Assembly (NCBI GenBank): GCA_035489645.1
Contig: DATHJV010000093.1
Span: forward strand, 1-29,459
Direction of reading: 5' to 3'
From: Minisyncoccota bacterium
Lineage (GTDB): Bacteria > Patescibacteriota > Minisyncoccia > Phycocordibacterales > UBA9973
Length of the DNA: 29,459 nucleotides
In this document: in pieces, positions 8,698 to 17,200 of the stretch
Position numbering within the stretch: position 1 is the stretch's first letter
Layout of the letters: each line of letters begins with the position of its first letter
Notes under the pieces: generated by a model
Seen by the model: only the letters and a program-made list of their open reading frames with translations
Databases searched by the model: none
What the model was told of the DNA's origin: nothing
Translations under genes and position numbers: made by a program

Positions 8698-8702
8698 AAA
8701 AA

Positions 8703-11700
8703 TTAAAATTTAAACATTTTTTTCTCTTTCTGAGTGAGTTCATACATCTCCATGAACAGTTCGTCTATCTCGTTCTTTAAGGCATTTATAGTATGCGAAT
8801 CTATTGCCGGCATTTCTTTTATCGACATTAATGAAATCGGCTTTCTAGGTGTGCCTATTTTGTCGTGGTAATTCTTTATCGAATCACTAACGACTCGCTC
8901 ATATCCTTTTTCTATTGGAAAAAGATATTTGTTATCATTTTCAGTTAAAATAAGCTTATCTTTTTGGACATTCATTGAGTCAAATCGCTGTATAAGAGAA
9001 TTAATTTTCACGATGTCAGAAATAGATTTTTTTTCAAGTTCTAAAATTCTTGTTGCCAATTTTATTACACTTTCTTTCTTAGATTCTTTCTCCGCACTGT
9101 CGATTTTAGGAATACGGACAAACTCTTTTATCGTCTTAATACCGATTAAAAAACTTTTCTCATTTTGAACTTTGAATAATGCATTAAGAATATTCAAATT
9201 CAAAGAGGAATTTAATAGGGCAAATAAGTAAATCATTTCTTGTTTATTGTTGGAAGATATTAGAATCCAGTTGAAATCAAGCATTATATTTTTATCAGAA
9301 AATTTAAAGTTGTCAGGATTTATATATCTCCAAACGATTTTGTATTTTTTCTGAAATACATCGAATCCTTGAGCCCCTCCGGGCAATCTAATGTTATTTT
9401 TATCTATTGAATGACCTGATGTTTGAAGATTATAACTAGGACTATTTTGAACTAGTAGGAAATCGCCATTCTCATCATTTCTAATTTTTGATTTTAAGAA
9501 GACCAGCCCTTTATCGAAATAAAAAACATCGCTGAATTGTTTTAATGAAATTTCTGGAAGACGGTATATATCCAATTTATCCAATGCAAGGTACTTCTCA
9601 AAATAGTCTTGAAAATCAGAATTCCAAGTAATGAAATTCCAATTTTCAATTTTTTCTTTTAATTTCTGCTGTGAAATATCTTTGCTGTATTTACTACGAT
9701 TAATTTTTATCTCCCGAAATATGTTCTCGATATCCGTTTCTATGTTAGGAAAATGTACGCATTCTACCTGATTCGATTTCTTTGGTTTTTCTTTACTGCA
9801 CACGATAATCAAACTGGACGTCGGAATTTTTCTCTTTTGATTTGTACCTCTGCCAATGAACAAATTTCCGGCAAACGTAACAATTTTTTCTAAAGTGTAT
9901 TCATTCGCGAGTTGGTATCTCACTACATCAAGATCACCTGAAGTAAGTAATGTTTGAGGAACGATATAAGCAAAACGTCCATGTGGCTTTAAAAGTACGA
10001 ACCCAAGAGCCATAAAAAATGCGTAAAGGTTAGGTTTTGGGGCGTATGCTTTCTTTCTTCCAGGAACTGTATTCAAATTCCAACCATAAATGTCATTCAT
10101 TTTTATACCGCTTTCCTTATTTTGAATAGATTTGACTATTTTCACTCCCAACTTTGAACACTCGTTATAACCAATATAAGGTGGATTTCCAATTACGAAA
10201 TCAAACCGACGACGAGGAATTGTATTTGTACCCCCACCAAGTGTTGATAGACTTTGTTTCATTTCATCTAGGTCGCGTTCATCACGCATAAATCCGTCAT
10301 ATCTCCATCCGAGAGCGAGGCGACCTTGCATTTCGTTATAGAGATTAGCTTTTCGGCTTCCCATGTCTTCAATGAATTCTGAAATTGAGTCTTCTGTCAT
10401 GAAAAGCTTTAATTTTTTATCAATCGGATTGTTATATTTTTCGCTTATAACTGATGGAAGTAAACGCATAAGAATACTCATTTCAGCAAGGTAGAGGGGA
10501 AATTCGTCAACATCTAACCCGAAGATGTTCTGATTGACATCTTCTTCAATTTTTTTAGATTCTATGGCTGTCGTATAACTTCCTGCTTGCATTATCTCGC
10601 GTACCGCTGAGTAAAGAAATGTTCCGCTTCCACAACTTGGATCAATAATTGAAATATTTTTGTGATTTCTTTTTTTTATTTCATCACTCGTATATCCAAT
10701 CTCCCTTAACATAAAATCAACGACTTCGGGGTCCGTAAAATACTGCCCATAGTTCTTCTCTTCGAATAACTCCTTGAGATAATTTTCGTAAATCGCACCA
10801 AAAATATCGTTCTGTATATTGGCAAATTGATATTGCTTAATAAAGATGAAAATATCTAAAAAAGGTGACATATTCATTATGTCATCTTTACCCGAATAAA
10901 GTAATTCCTTTACTTGTTTAATAATAATCTCTTGTTCTTTGTAGAATGGTTTATATATATTCTCAGATATTCGTACACTCATTCCTTCAAGAATCATTAA
11001 GATAGCATTAAACGATCCGCTTTTTAGATGCGAATGAATTAACTTTTCCTTTTTTTTGAACTCATCTTTAAATTCATCAAAATCGTTGTCCACTAATGTT
11101 TTATATAGAATAAATTGTATAAGATACGAGTATGATATCTCAGTAGCCTTTTTTTCTTTTTTGGTGTTATCTAATATTTCATTAAAATATCCCGTGTTAA
11201 GCAATTTTGTCTTTAGTTTTTTTATAATTTTTGTTACGTCATTAAAAAAACGTTGCCTGTTTTTATCAGCCATTATTTGCATTTCAAAATGTTCCAATTT
11301 GTGTTGCCCAATGTTATCAAAAAAAGAAACATAGTAATTCACCGGTCGTATATATTCATTCCAAAAAATTAGAAAAGCTTTTGTATCTGAGAATATTTCA
11401 TCAAGTGTAAATATAAAGTATTTTTGGTCATTTACATCACCATAATAAAAACGCCATTCGTTTCCATCGGTGAGAATCCCATATTTTTTATCAAATGCCG
11501 TTCTATATTTATCTATCTGCCATTCTCCACTCTTTATTTTTTTAAACTTCTCGACTTCAAGTGGGATTACTATATCTTGATCAATGAAGATTACGGCATC
11601 AACCTGCCCTGCTTTATTACCTTCTTCTTTAAGAAATTCATTCCTTCTTTTTTCTTGTGTGGTTGATTTATACCCTTCCTTGAGATTAAAAAGTTCGGGG

Positions 11701-11810
11701 CAAGTCAATAAGTCAAACACAAATCGTTGGACACCACTTCCAATTTCACTACCTAAATAGTGCTCTTTTTCTTTTTTCCATATTTGCTGTAATTCTCGAA
11801 TAGTTTTCAT
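8703..11810 (-). CDS. Type IIG-like restriction-modification fusion (nuclease + N6-adenine methyltransferase + target recognition domain)
   Basis: N-terminal HsdR_N-like region VD..EVEK..QIDKY..YGILTDGNEWRFY, motif X GQYFTD, motif I IIDPSCGSGTFL, motif IV GNPPY, and a TRD-like C terminus. Confidence 0.9.
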   Translation of the reverse strand: MKTIRELQQIWKKEKEHYLGSEIGSGVQRFVFDLLTCPELFNLKEGYKSTTQEKRRNEFLKEEGNKAGQVDAVIFIDQDIVIPLEVEKFKKIKSGEWQIDKYRTAFDKKYGILTDGNEWRFYYGDVNDQKYFIFTLDEIFSDTKAFLIFWNEYIRPVNYYVSFFDNIGQHKLEHFEMQIMADKNRQRFFNDVTKIIKKLKTKLLNTGYFNEILDNTKKEKKATEISYSYLIQFILYKTLVDNDFDEFKDEFKKKEKLIHSHLKSGSFNAILMILEGMSVRISENIYKPFYKEQEIIIKQVKELLYSGKDDIMNMSPFLDIFIFIKQYQFANIQNDIFGAIYENYLKELFEEKNYGQYFTDPEVVDFMLREIGYTSDEIKKRNHKNISIIDPSCGSGTFLYSAVREIMQAGSYTTAIESKKIEEDVNQNIFGLDVDEFPLYLAEMSILMRLLPSVISEKYNNPIDKKLKLFMTEDSISEFIEDMGSRKANLYNEMQGRLALGWRYDGFMRDERDLDEMKQSLSTLGGGTNTIPRRRFDFVIGNPPYIGYNECSKLGVKIVKSIQNKESGIKMNDIYGWNLNTVPGRKKAYAPKPNLYAFFMALGFVLLKPHGRFAYIVPQTLLTSGDLDVVRYQLANEYTLEKIVTFAGNLFIGRGTNQKRKIPTSSLIIVCSKEKPKKSNQVECVHFPNIETDIENIFREIKINRSKYSKDISQQKLKEKIENWNFITWNSDFQDYFEKYLALDKLDIYRLPEISLKQFSDVFYFDKGLVFLKSKIRNDENGDFLLVQNSPSYNLQTSGHSIDKNNIRLPGGAQGFDVFQKKYKIVWRYINPDNFKFSDKNIMLDFNWILISSNNKQEMIYLFALLNSSLNLNILNALFKVQNEKSFLIGIKTIKEFVRIPKIDSAEKESKKESVIKLATRILELEKKSISDIVKINSLIQRFDSMNVQKDKLILTENDNKYLFPIEKGYERVVSDSIKNYHDKIGTPRKPISLMSIKEMPAIDSHTINALKNEIDELFMEMYELTQKEKKMFKF

Positions 11811-11818
11811 TACCCGAC

Positions 11819-11847
11819 ATTATATCCTTTAACCTGCTTATTTCCAA
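11819..11847 (-). promoter_or_regulatory. Internal promoter of the RM gene
   Basis: Minus strand TTGGAA (11847-11842), 17 bp, TATAAT (11824-11819), with ATG 8 nt downstream. Confidence 0.6.
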
Positions 11848-12633
11848 TTAAAGCAATGTATCTTCTTTTTTGGCTAACGATTCTAGGGCTTCAGTGATTT
11901 TGTTTTTTGCGAACCAATTTTTAGGATTTAATTTTATTACTTTTTGAAGCGCTTCAATAGCTCGCTTGATACCAATATTGTCTTTTTGGTAAGATTCAAA
12001 ATTAGTGGATAGATAAAATAAAGCTTTTCTAAAATACCCAATTTCATTTAATCTTGGGAAAAACCGTACATCCAATATGAAATCATCTAATGTATTAGTA
12101 GAAAAGAGATTTGGGGAATGATACATAAGCATATCCAATAGGTCAATGAATTCAGGAATATTCCATGGGTCTCCTGCCTTTCGTTTTTTACCCGTGGCTC
12201 TATACCAAAATTCATATAATTCTAGTTTTAATGATTCATCATAATTTTTTACCGCCTCGAGATACTTACCCATTTTGTAATAGACATCTCCACGAAATGA
12301 CCACAAAAAGTAATATTGCTTTTCTGCTTCGAGGCAACGATCAAGGACTTTCAGTGATTCTTCATATCTTTTGGCCAAATATAAAGATCTACCATAATAA
12401 CAAAGTGTAAAGAAATGACTTGAATCAGTTTTTAAAATTTCTTCAGAAACATTAATACAGTCCCGAATTTTCTTAGCTTTATATAATTCTTTAAGTCTTA
12501 AAAAAAGCTCCTCTATTTTGGGCCATATACTCAAATCCCTCAAACCTCTTTTGACGAGACTAGAATCCTCACTAAGCTGTTCTAGGGAATAATAAGGGGA
12601 TGCTATTATTTGTTTATCATTATCCTTGTCCAT
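11848..12633 (-). CDS. Tetratricopeptide-repeat protein
   Basis: YYGRSLYLAKRYEESLKVLDRCL, WSFRGDVYYKMGKYLEAVKNYDESLKL, AIEALQKVIKLNPKN. Confidence 0.85.
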   Translation of the reverse strand: MDKDNDKQIIASPYYSLEQLSEDSSLVKRGLRDLSIWPKIEELFLRLKELYKAKKIRDCINVSEEILKTDSSHFFTLCYYGRSLYLAKRYEESLKVLDRCLEAEKQYYFLWSFRGDVYYKMGKYLEAVKNYDESLKLELYEFWYRATGKKRKAGDPWNIPEFIDLLDMLMYHSPNLFSTNTLDDFILDVRFFPRLNEIGYFRKALFYLSTNFESYQKDNIGIKRAIEALQKVIKLNPKNWFAKNKITEALESLAKKEDTLL

Positions 12634-13402
12634 GCTTTTTCTTTAGTTCATCAAGCATATTCTCCTTTTTTGCAATATCCTCGAGCACTTTTTCTGAGAG
12701 TTCACTCAAAATGTCTCGCTTTTGTTTTTTTGCCTTCTCCATATTTTCTTTTAAAATGGCCCACTCGGAATGTTTTAGTTGTTCTTGTTCGTAAAGAGCT
12801 TTTTTAATTGATTCTTCTAATCGTGCTAATTTAATTTTCAGTTCCTTGATAGTTTTTTTATCAACATTTCCAACATCTTCACCTTTATCAATTGCGCGCA
12901 AAGTTTCTAAATTGCCGTCTGCATAGGCTTTATTGATCTTTTTCATCGTTGTGTCATCGCCTCCAGCGAGGTCGGGGTGAAACTTATGAGCAAGCTTGTA
13001 GAATAGCTTTTTAAGTTCGTCTTTTTCTTCTTTAGAAATAGTTTTTTTTTTAGTATCTCTTTCTTCCTCGTTAATTTTTTTGTATTCTTTCTCAATCTGT
13101 TCACGTCTCTTTTTCAGGGTTTCTTCTACAGCTCTTTGCGCATCTTCAAAAGAAAAACCTTTATTCATTAAATCCTCAATTTTCTTGAATTTTAAAATTT
13201 CAAGATTAGTTGCATCCAATTTTAGATAGAGTCTACCTATCTTTAAATCGTATTCTTGCTTAACAATAGATAAATCAATTTTGAATCGCTCTATTTTTTC
13301 TACAAGCTCAATAAGTATTTTTTCTTTTTCGGCAATGATGCGTTTAAGTTCACGTTTTTCTAATAGTTCATCTAGAGCTATATTTGATTTTATTATTTTC
13401 AT
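12620..13402 (-). CDS. Coiled-coil protein with an internal J domain
   Basis: ELKKLFYKLAHKFHPDLAGGDDTTMKKINKAY (HPD motif) flanked by long coiled coils. Confidence 0.85.
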   Translation of the reverse strand: MKIIKSNIALDELLEKRELKRIIAEKEKILIELVEKIERFKIDLSIVKQEYDLKIGRLYLKLDATNLEILKFKKIEDLMNKGFSFEDAQRAVEETLKKRREQIEKEYKKINEEERDTKKKTISKEEKDELKKLFYKLAHKFHPDLAGGDDTTMKKINKAYADGNLETLRAIDKGEDVGNVDKKTIKELKIKLARLEESIKKALYEQEQLKHSEWAILKENMEKAKKQKRDILSELSEKVLEDIAKKENMLDELKKKHGQG

Positions 13403-13405
13403 AGA

Positions 13406-14377
13406 CTAATTTTCTGGATAAGCTTTATCTGACAAATCTTTGTTGTGAGCTCCCCACCAGTTATTCCATTCGGTCATAAGTTTAATCCCATCTAGCTGTT
13501 TTTGAGCATTTAGTAATGCAACCTCACTGTAAGCATCACTGTCCTCTTGGGCTTTCATCCCTTCATAATATATTTCACTTCCAGCAATAAACTTATTACG
13601 ATAATAATTTTTTAAATCCGGATGAATATAGTCAAGAAAAGCATCGTCAACTTTTTTGCCTAAAGCGATACCCTCTTCCATTTTGGAATATATCTGCTGT
13701 AGTGTTGCTTTTGACTCAGTATCACTTGATTGGTTGTTTGATTTGTTAATTAAATCACTAGCCTCGTACAGAACTGTAAGTGATTGCACAAAATTTTCAC
13801 GATCATCCTTAAATTGTTGGGGAAAACTGGAGGGGGTCATTGAAAAAAATAACCAAAATAAAAATAAAAACAAAGGAAAATAAAACCAATTTTCTTTGAA
13901 AAATTCTTTAATTCTTTTTTGTTTGGCTGAGTTAATAAACTCATTAATTCCAAAAAAAGCTATAGCTCCGACAAGCAATACTTTCACCACAAACCAGACC
14001 CAAGTCCAAACGTTATTAAAAGATGTGTGAATTCCAAAGATTAATATAATACTCCATATTATTAGTGAAACTATTGAAAACAATAGCAATGGTATAAAAA
14101 GAAATGAAGCTATTCCAATTGCTATAGGTGTTCCAATGATTAAAGCAACCAATCCCCAAACTATCGATCCTTTCTGGAATAGAACAATCGCCCACCATAC
14201 CATTGATAGCCCAGCAGAAGCGATATACAAAAAACGAAGGACAGTAAAAATTAACAGGAGTAAACCTCCCCCTATAACAGCTCCCCCAATGCCAATTCCA
14301 CTGAAAACTTTTTTTACAAAACTTTTCTTTTCTATAAACACACTATCCACTTTTTCTATTTCTTGTTCATTTTCCAT
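13406..14377 (-). CDS. Hypothetical multi-pass membrane protein with a soluble C-terminal domain
   Basis: About five or six hydrophobic segments in residues 25-180, followed by a polar helical region. Confidence 0.75.
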   Translation of the reverse strand: MENEQEIEKVDSVFIEKKSFVKKVFSGIGIGGAVIGGGLLLLIFTVLRFLYIASAGLSMVWWAIVLFQKGSIVWGLVALIIGTPIAIGIASFLFIPLLLFSIVSLIIWSIILIFGIHTSFNNVWTWVWFVVKVLLVGAIAFFGINEFINSAKQKRIKEFFKENWFYFPLFLFLFWLFFSMTPSSFPQQFKDDRENFVQSLTVLYEASDLINKSNNQSSDTESKATLQQIYSKMEEGIALGKKVDDAFLDYIHPDLKNYYRNKFIAGSEIYYEGMKAQEDSDAYSEVALLNAQKQLDGIKLMTEWNNWWGAHNKDLSDKAYPEN

Positions 14378-14387
14378 ATTTTTTCAT

Positions 14388-14521
14388 AAAAAAAGCTAGC
14401 TGATAATGGCTAGCATGGAAGCACAGAACCCCACGCCAGCTAGGTCTTGCGACCCTATACAAGTTTCCCTGTATAGCCCTTGGAAGAGTTGCTGAACGCG
14501 GGGTTCAGTATCTTCCAAGGG
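14388..14521 (-). ncRNA. Structured 5' leader / candidate attenuator RNA of the cargo operon
   Basis: 11-bp stem 14477-14487/14511-14521, GAAA-capped stem 14455-14476, GCAA-capped stem 14443-14454, and a GCTAGC hairpin 14395-14414 plus T7 just upstream of the ATG. The GNRA loops and G.U pairs only work on the minus strand. Confidence 0.65.
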
Positions 14522-14619
14522 TCTTTAAACCATATCTCATATGGATACGAGGGTTAGGTCATTCTTATTTAGTTGTGTCTATATAATACAACTTCTTTAG
14601 GGTTTATGCACAATTGATA

Positions 14620-14648
14620 TTGACTCTTAAATAAAGTATTTGTATTAT
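14620..14648 (+). promoter_or_regulatory. Sigma70-type promoter of the replication/integration arm
   Basis: TTGACT (14620-14625), 17 bp, TATTAT (14643-14648). Confidence 0.7.
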
Positions 14649-14666
14649 GGAAGTAATTAAATATTA

Positions 14667-14780
14667 TTCCTGACGGAACAACCGAGGGAACTTTAGTAAA
14701 AACCTTTTTGGTTATACTACGAGTTTCTCGTATCGTCAGGAAAACTCTAGAAAAACCAGCAAGGAAAGTTGGTTTTTTTG
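14667..14780 (+). ncRNA. Structured short transcript or leader ending in an intrinsic terminator
   Basis: TTCCTGACG (14667-14675)/CGTCAGGAA (14734-14742) closes internal hairpins. Terminator AAAAACCAGC/GTTGGTTTTT (14751-14777) is followed by further T runs. Confidence 0.55.
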
Positions 14781-14890
14781 TTTTTTAAACCACAAACGAT
14801 TATTAATTTTTTTAGTTTTTTGTGTTGGTCTTGGATAAAAACTTAGTTGTTCGCTTCCAAGGCCAGCATAAGAAACAGCGAACAACTAAA

Positions 14891-16684
14891 ATGGAAAACA
14901 TAGAAAATAATGAAGAGGAATTTACTCCTCAAGAGAGGAACGAGATTATTTCAAAGGCTCAGAGTTTTCTCGATAAAGATAATTTAAATGAAAAAGGCGA
15001 GTCAGATGCTGAAGAAGATGATGAAATTAAGGAGATACAAAAAGAATTAGAAGAGATACCGTCAGATACACCTAAGGTAGAACTTATGGAAAAATTAAGC
15101 CTTGTTTTTGTAATGCTTTGTGATATTGAGAGAATTACTGCAGAAATGTTTATCTTGTATAACATTAAGGAACACTTTAAAATTACCAAAGAGGATGCTA
15201 AAAAATACATTACTCATTTAAACAGCTTAAGGAAACAGTTAAGTGGACATAAAAAAGAGGAAAAGGCAGAAAATCATTTACCCTTAATTCTTGATAGGGA
15301 CATAGACTCCGGGGAGGTACTCGATGCTATTTTAGAAATAGGAATTATAGATAAGAAAACTCTACATATCATCATAGCCATAGCTATTTCAGCACAGTTG
15401 CGCCTTAATCCGCCATTATGGTTATTCCTAATTGGTGTTCCATCATCATTTAAAACGGAGTTTGTGGGCCTTCTGGGAGACATGAAAGAGGTATTTACAC
15501 TCGATACCCTTACCGAAAATGCGTTTGCTTCCGGATTTATACCTCCAGACGGTTCAGATCCCCAAGACTTACTTCCTCTTTTGGATAATAGATGTTTCAT
15601 CATCAAGGATTTAAATACTATTTTCTCAATGAATGAAGATATGGTCAAAAAGATACTGGGAGATCTAACCAGTATTTTTGATGGAAAGTTTGAAAAATTT
15701 ACGGCTACGAGAGGAATGATTCAGTACAATTCCCTTTTTTCAATGATAGGGTGTATTACGCCTTCGATTTTAATTAAACACTATAACTACGCAACCCAAC
15801 TTGGCCCACGTTTTCTATTTTTGCGCCTACCGGAACTTACTGATGAAGAAATGCAAAAAGGATTTAATAAATCATGGAATGAGACTGATAGGAGAAAGAA
15901 GATAATTGAAACACGGCAACTGGTTTCATCTTACTGCACACAATTAATTAAAAAAATTAAACAGTTTAAAAATAATCCTGAAACAAATGAAATTAAAAAG
16001 AAGATTAACAACATAGCTCGTTTTATTTGTAATGCTCGCGGTATTGCTATTTCCGGTAGATCAACATTTAAAAATGACGCGGGTAATGAAGTTGACTACT
16101 ACGAGATAAAAGACTGGCAGGTTGAACATCCCTGGAGGATTCTTAACCAGCTAAAATCTTTACTCACCATCTTAAGCTTTATTAACGGAAAAAATAATAT
16201 TGACGAAGAAATAATCAATATCATTAGACCTATTATCTTATCGACTATGCCAGTTGATAGATCGCAAGTTTTAAACGTACTTGCTTCAAAATGTGGACTT
16301 TCGGCAAGGGATATCTCAAAAGAAATCCGAAAATCTTCGAAAACTATTCGTAGAATATTAAAGGAATTGGAGGCGCTTAATATTGTTGATTGCTATAAAG
16401 ATTCTAAGGCGGGAGCTTCCGGAGAAGCTCCCTGGTTATATTATATCGTTCCGGAATTTGCTTCTGTGCTTGAAGCACCAATACCCCCTACGGAGTTTAT
16501 GTCCCAATCAAGAAGTCACATTAAAGAGACGGGGGAATCATACAATAAAGAAGAAATTGAGGAGGATTTAGTCGATTTAGCAAATTATTTAAACCCGGAC
16601 CGGAAAAAGCATGAGGATGGAATTGAAGTTCCTTCTAATCCTTTTAAAAAAGAGCCTCCAGATATCAAAGAATTGCCCTTTTAA
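14891..16684 (+). CDS. MCM-like AAA+ ATPase / putative replicative helicase with C-terminal winged HTH
   Basis: Variant Walker A LIGVPSSFKT, Walker B-like FIIKDL, Arg-finger-like LGPRFLFLR, sensor-2-like PWRILNQLKSL, and wHTH LSARDISKEIRKSSKTIRRILKELE. ATG 14891 is preferred over GTG 14822. Confidence 0.65.
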   Translation: MENIENNEEEFTPQERNEIISKAQSFLDKDNLNEKGESDAEEDDEIKEIQKELEEIPSDTPKVELMEKLSLVFVMLCDIERITAEMFILYNIKEHFKITKEDAKKYITHLNSLRKQLSGHKKEEKAENHLPLILDRDIDSGEVLDAILEIGIIDKKTLHIIIAIAISAQLRLNPPLWLFLIGVPSSFKTEFVGLLGDMKEVFTLDTLTENAFASGFIPPDGSDPQDLLPLLDNRCFIIKDLNTIFSMNEDMVKKILGDLTSIFDGKFEKFTATRGMIQYNSLFSMIGCITPSILIKHYNYATQLGPRFLFLRLPELTDEEMQKGFNKSWNETDRRKKIIETRQLVSSYCTQLIKKIKQFKNNPETNEIKKKINNIARFICNARGIAISGRSTFKNDAGNEVDYYEIKDWQVEHPWRILNQLKSLLTILSFINGKNNIDEEIINIIRPIILSTMPVDRSQVLNVLASKCGLSARDISKEIRKSSKTIRRILKELEALNIVDCYKDSKAGASGEAPWLYYIVPEFASVLEAPIPPTEFMSQSRSHIKETGESYNKEEIEEDLVDLANYLNPDRKKHEDGIEVPSNPFKKEPPDIKELPF

Positions 16685-16711
16685 CGGCTCATCAATTTAA
16701 AACGAAAAAAG

Positions 16712-17017
16712 ATGAAAATAACACCTAAAACTCCAATAACTACGAAAAAGAAACAAAAAGGCAGATGGGGCCGGCATAAATGGCCTTCGCGTCCGGAGGT
16801 GTTTGAAGCCTTTGCGGAGTGGATAGTTTATCCAAAATTAGTTAGAGAACCGAAAACACAGCAAGAATTTGCAAGACTACATGAAGTGTCCCCTGATACT
16901 CTTTCTGACTATAAAAAGAAACCTGAATTTTGGAAAAAGGTCGAAGAAAACAGAGAAAATCTAAAGCGAGACATCGAGAATAAGATTCTTTTGGACAAGA
17001 TAGTTTTTCCAAATTGA
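16712..17017 (+). CDS. Small HTH protein resembling the phBC6A51/terminase-small-subunit HTH
   Basis: FAEWIVYPKLVREPKTQQEFARLHEVSPDTLSDYKKKPEFWKKV matches my recollection of that family. Basic N terminus. Confidence 0.6.
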   Translation: MKITPKTPITTKKKQKGRWGRHKWPSRPEVFEAFAEWIVYPKLVREPKTQQEFARLHEVSPDTLSDYKKKPEFWKKVEENRENLKRDIENKILLDKIVFPN

Positions 17018-17039
17018 GAAAGTTGATTAGAAATATACA

Positions 17040-17192
17040 ATGATCAGCCTTGAAGAATTTAAAAAAGCATTAGGAAACCTTAAGAATGAGTTATCTGAGG
17101 AAGAAATTCTAAAACTTAGGGAAAATCAGGACCAAATGGCTGAAATCCTTTTTAATTCTTGGTTGATGGAAATTAATAAAAATAAGGTATAA
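17040..17192 (+). CDS. 50-aa acidic helical protein immediately upstream of the recombinase (not in ORF track)
   Basis: ATG 17040 to TAA 17192: MISLEEFKKALGNLKNELSEEEILKLRENQDQMAEILFNSWLMEINKNKV. Confidence 0.75.
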   Translation: MISLEEFKKALGNLKNELSEEEILKLRENQDQMAEILFNSWLMEINKNKV

Positions 17193-17200
17193 TCAATTTT

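Noticed and set aside
14822-14890. GTG start for the ATPase
   Set aside because: The ATG at 14891 follows an A-rich stretch and the extension has no domain-like character. Not fully excluded.
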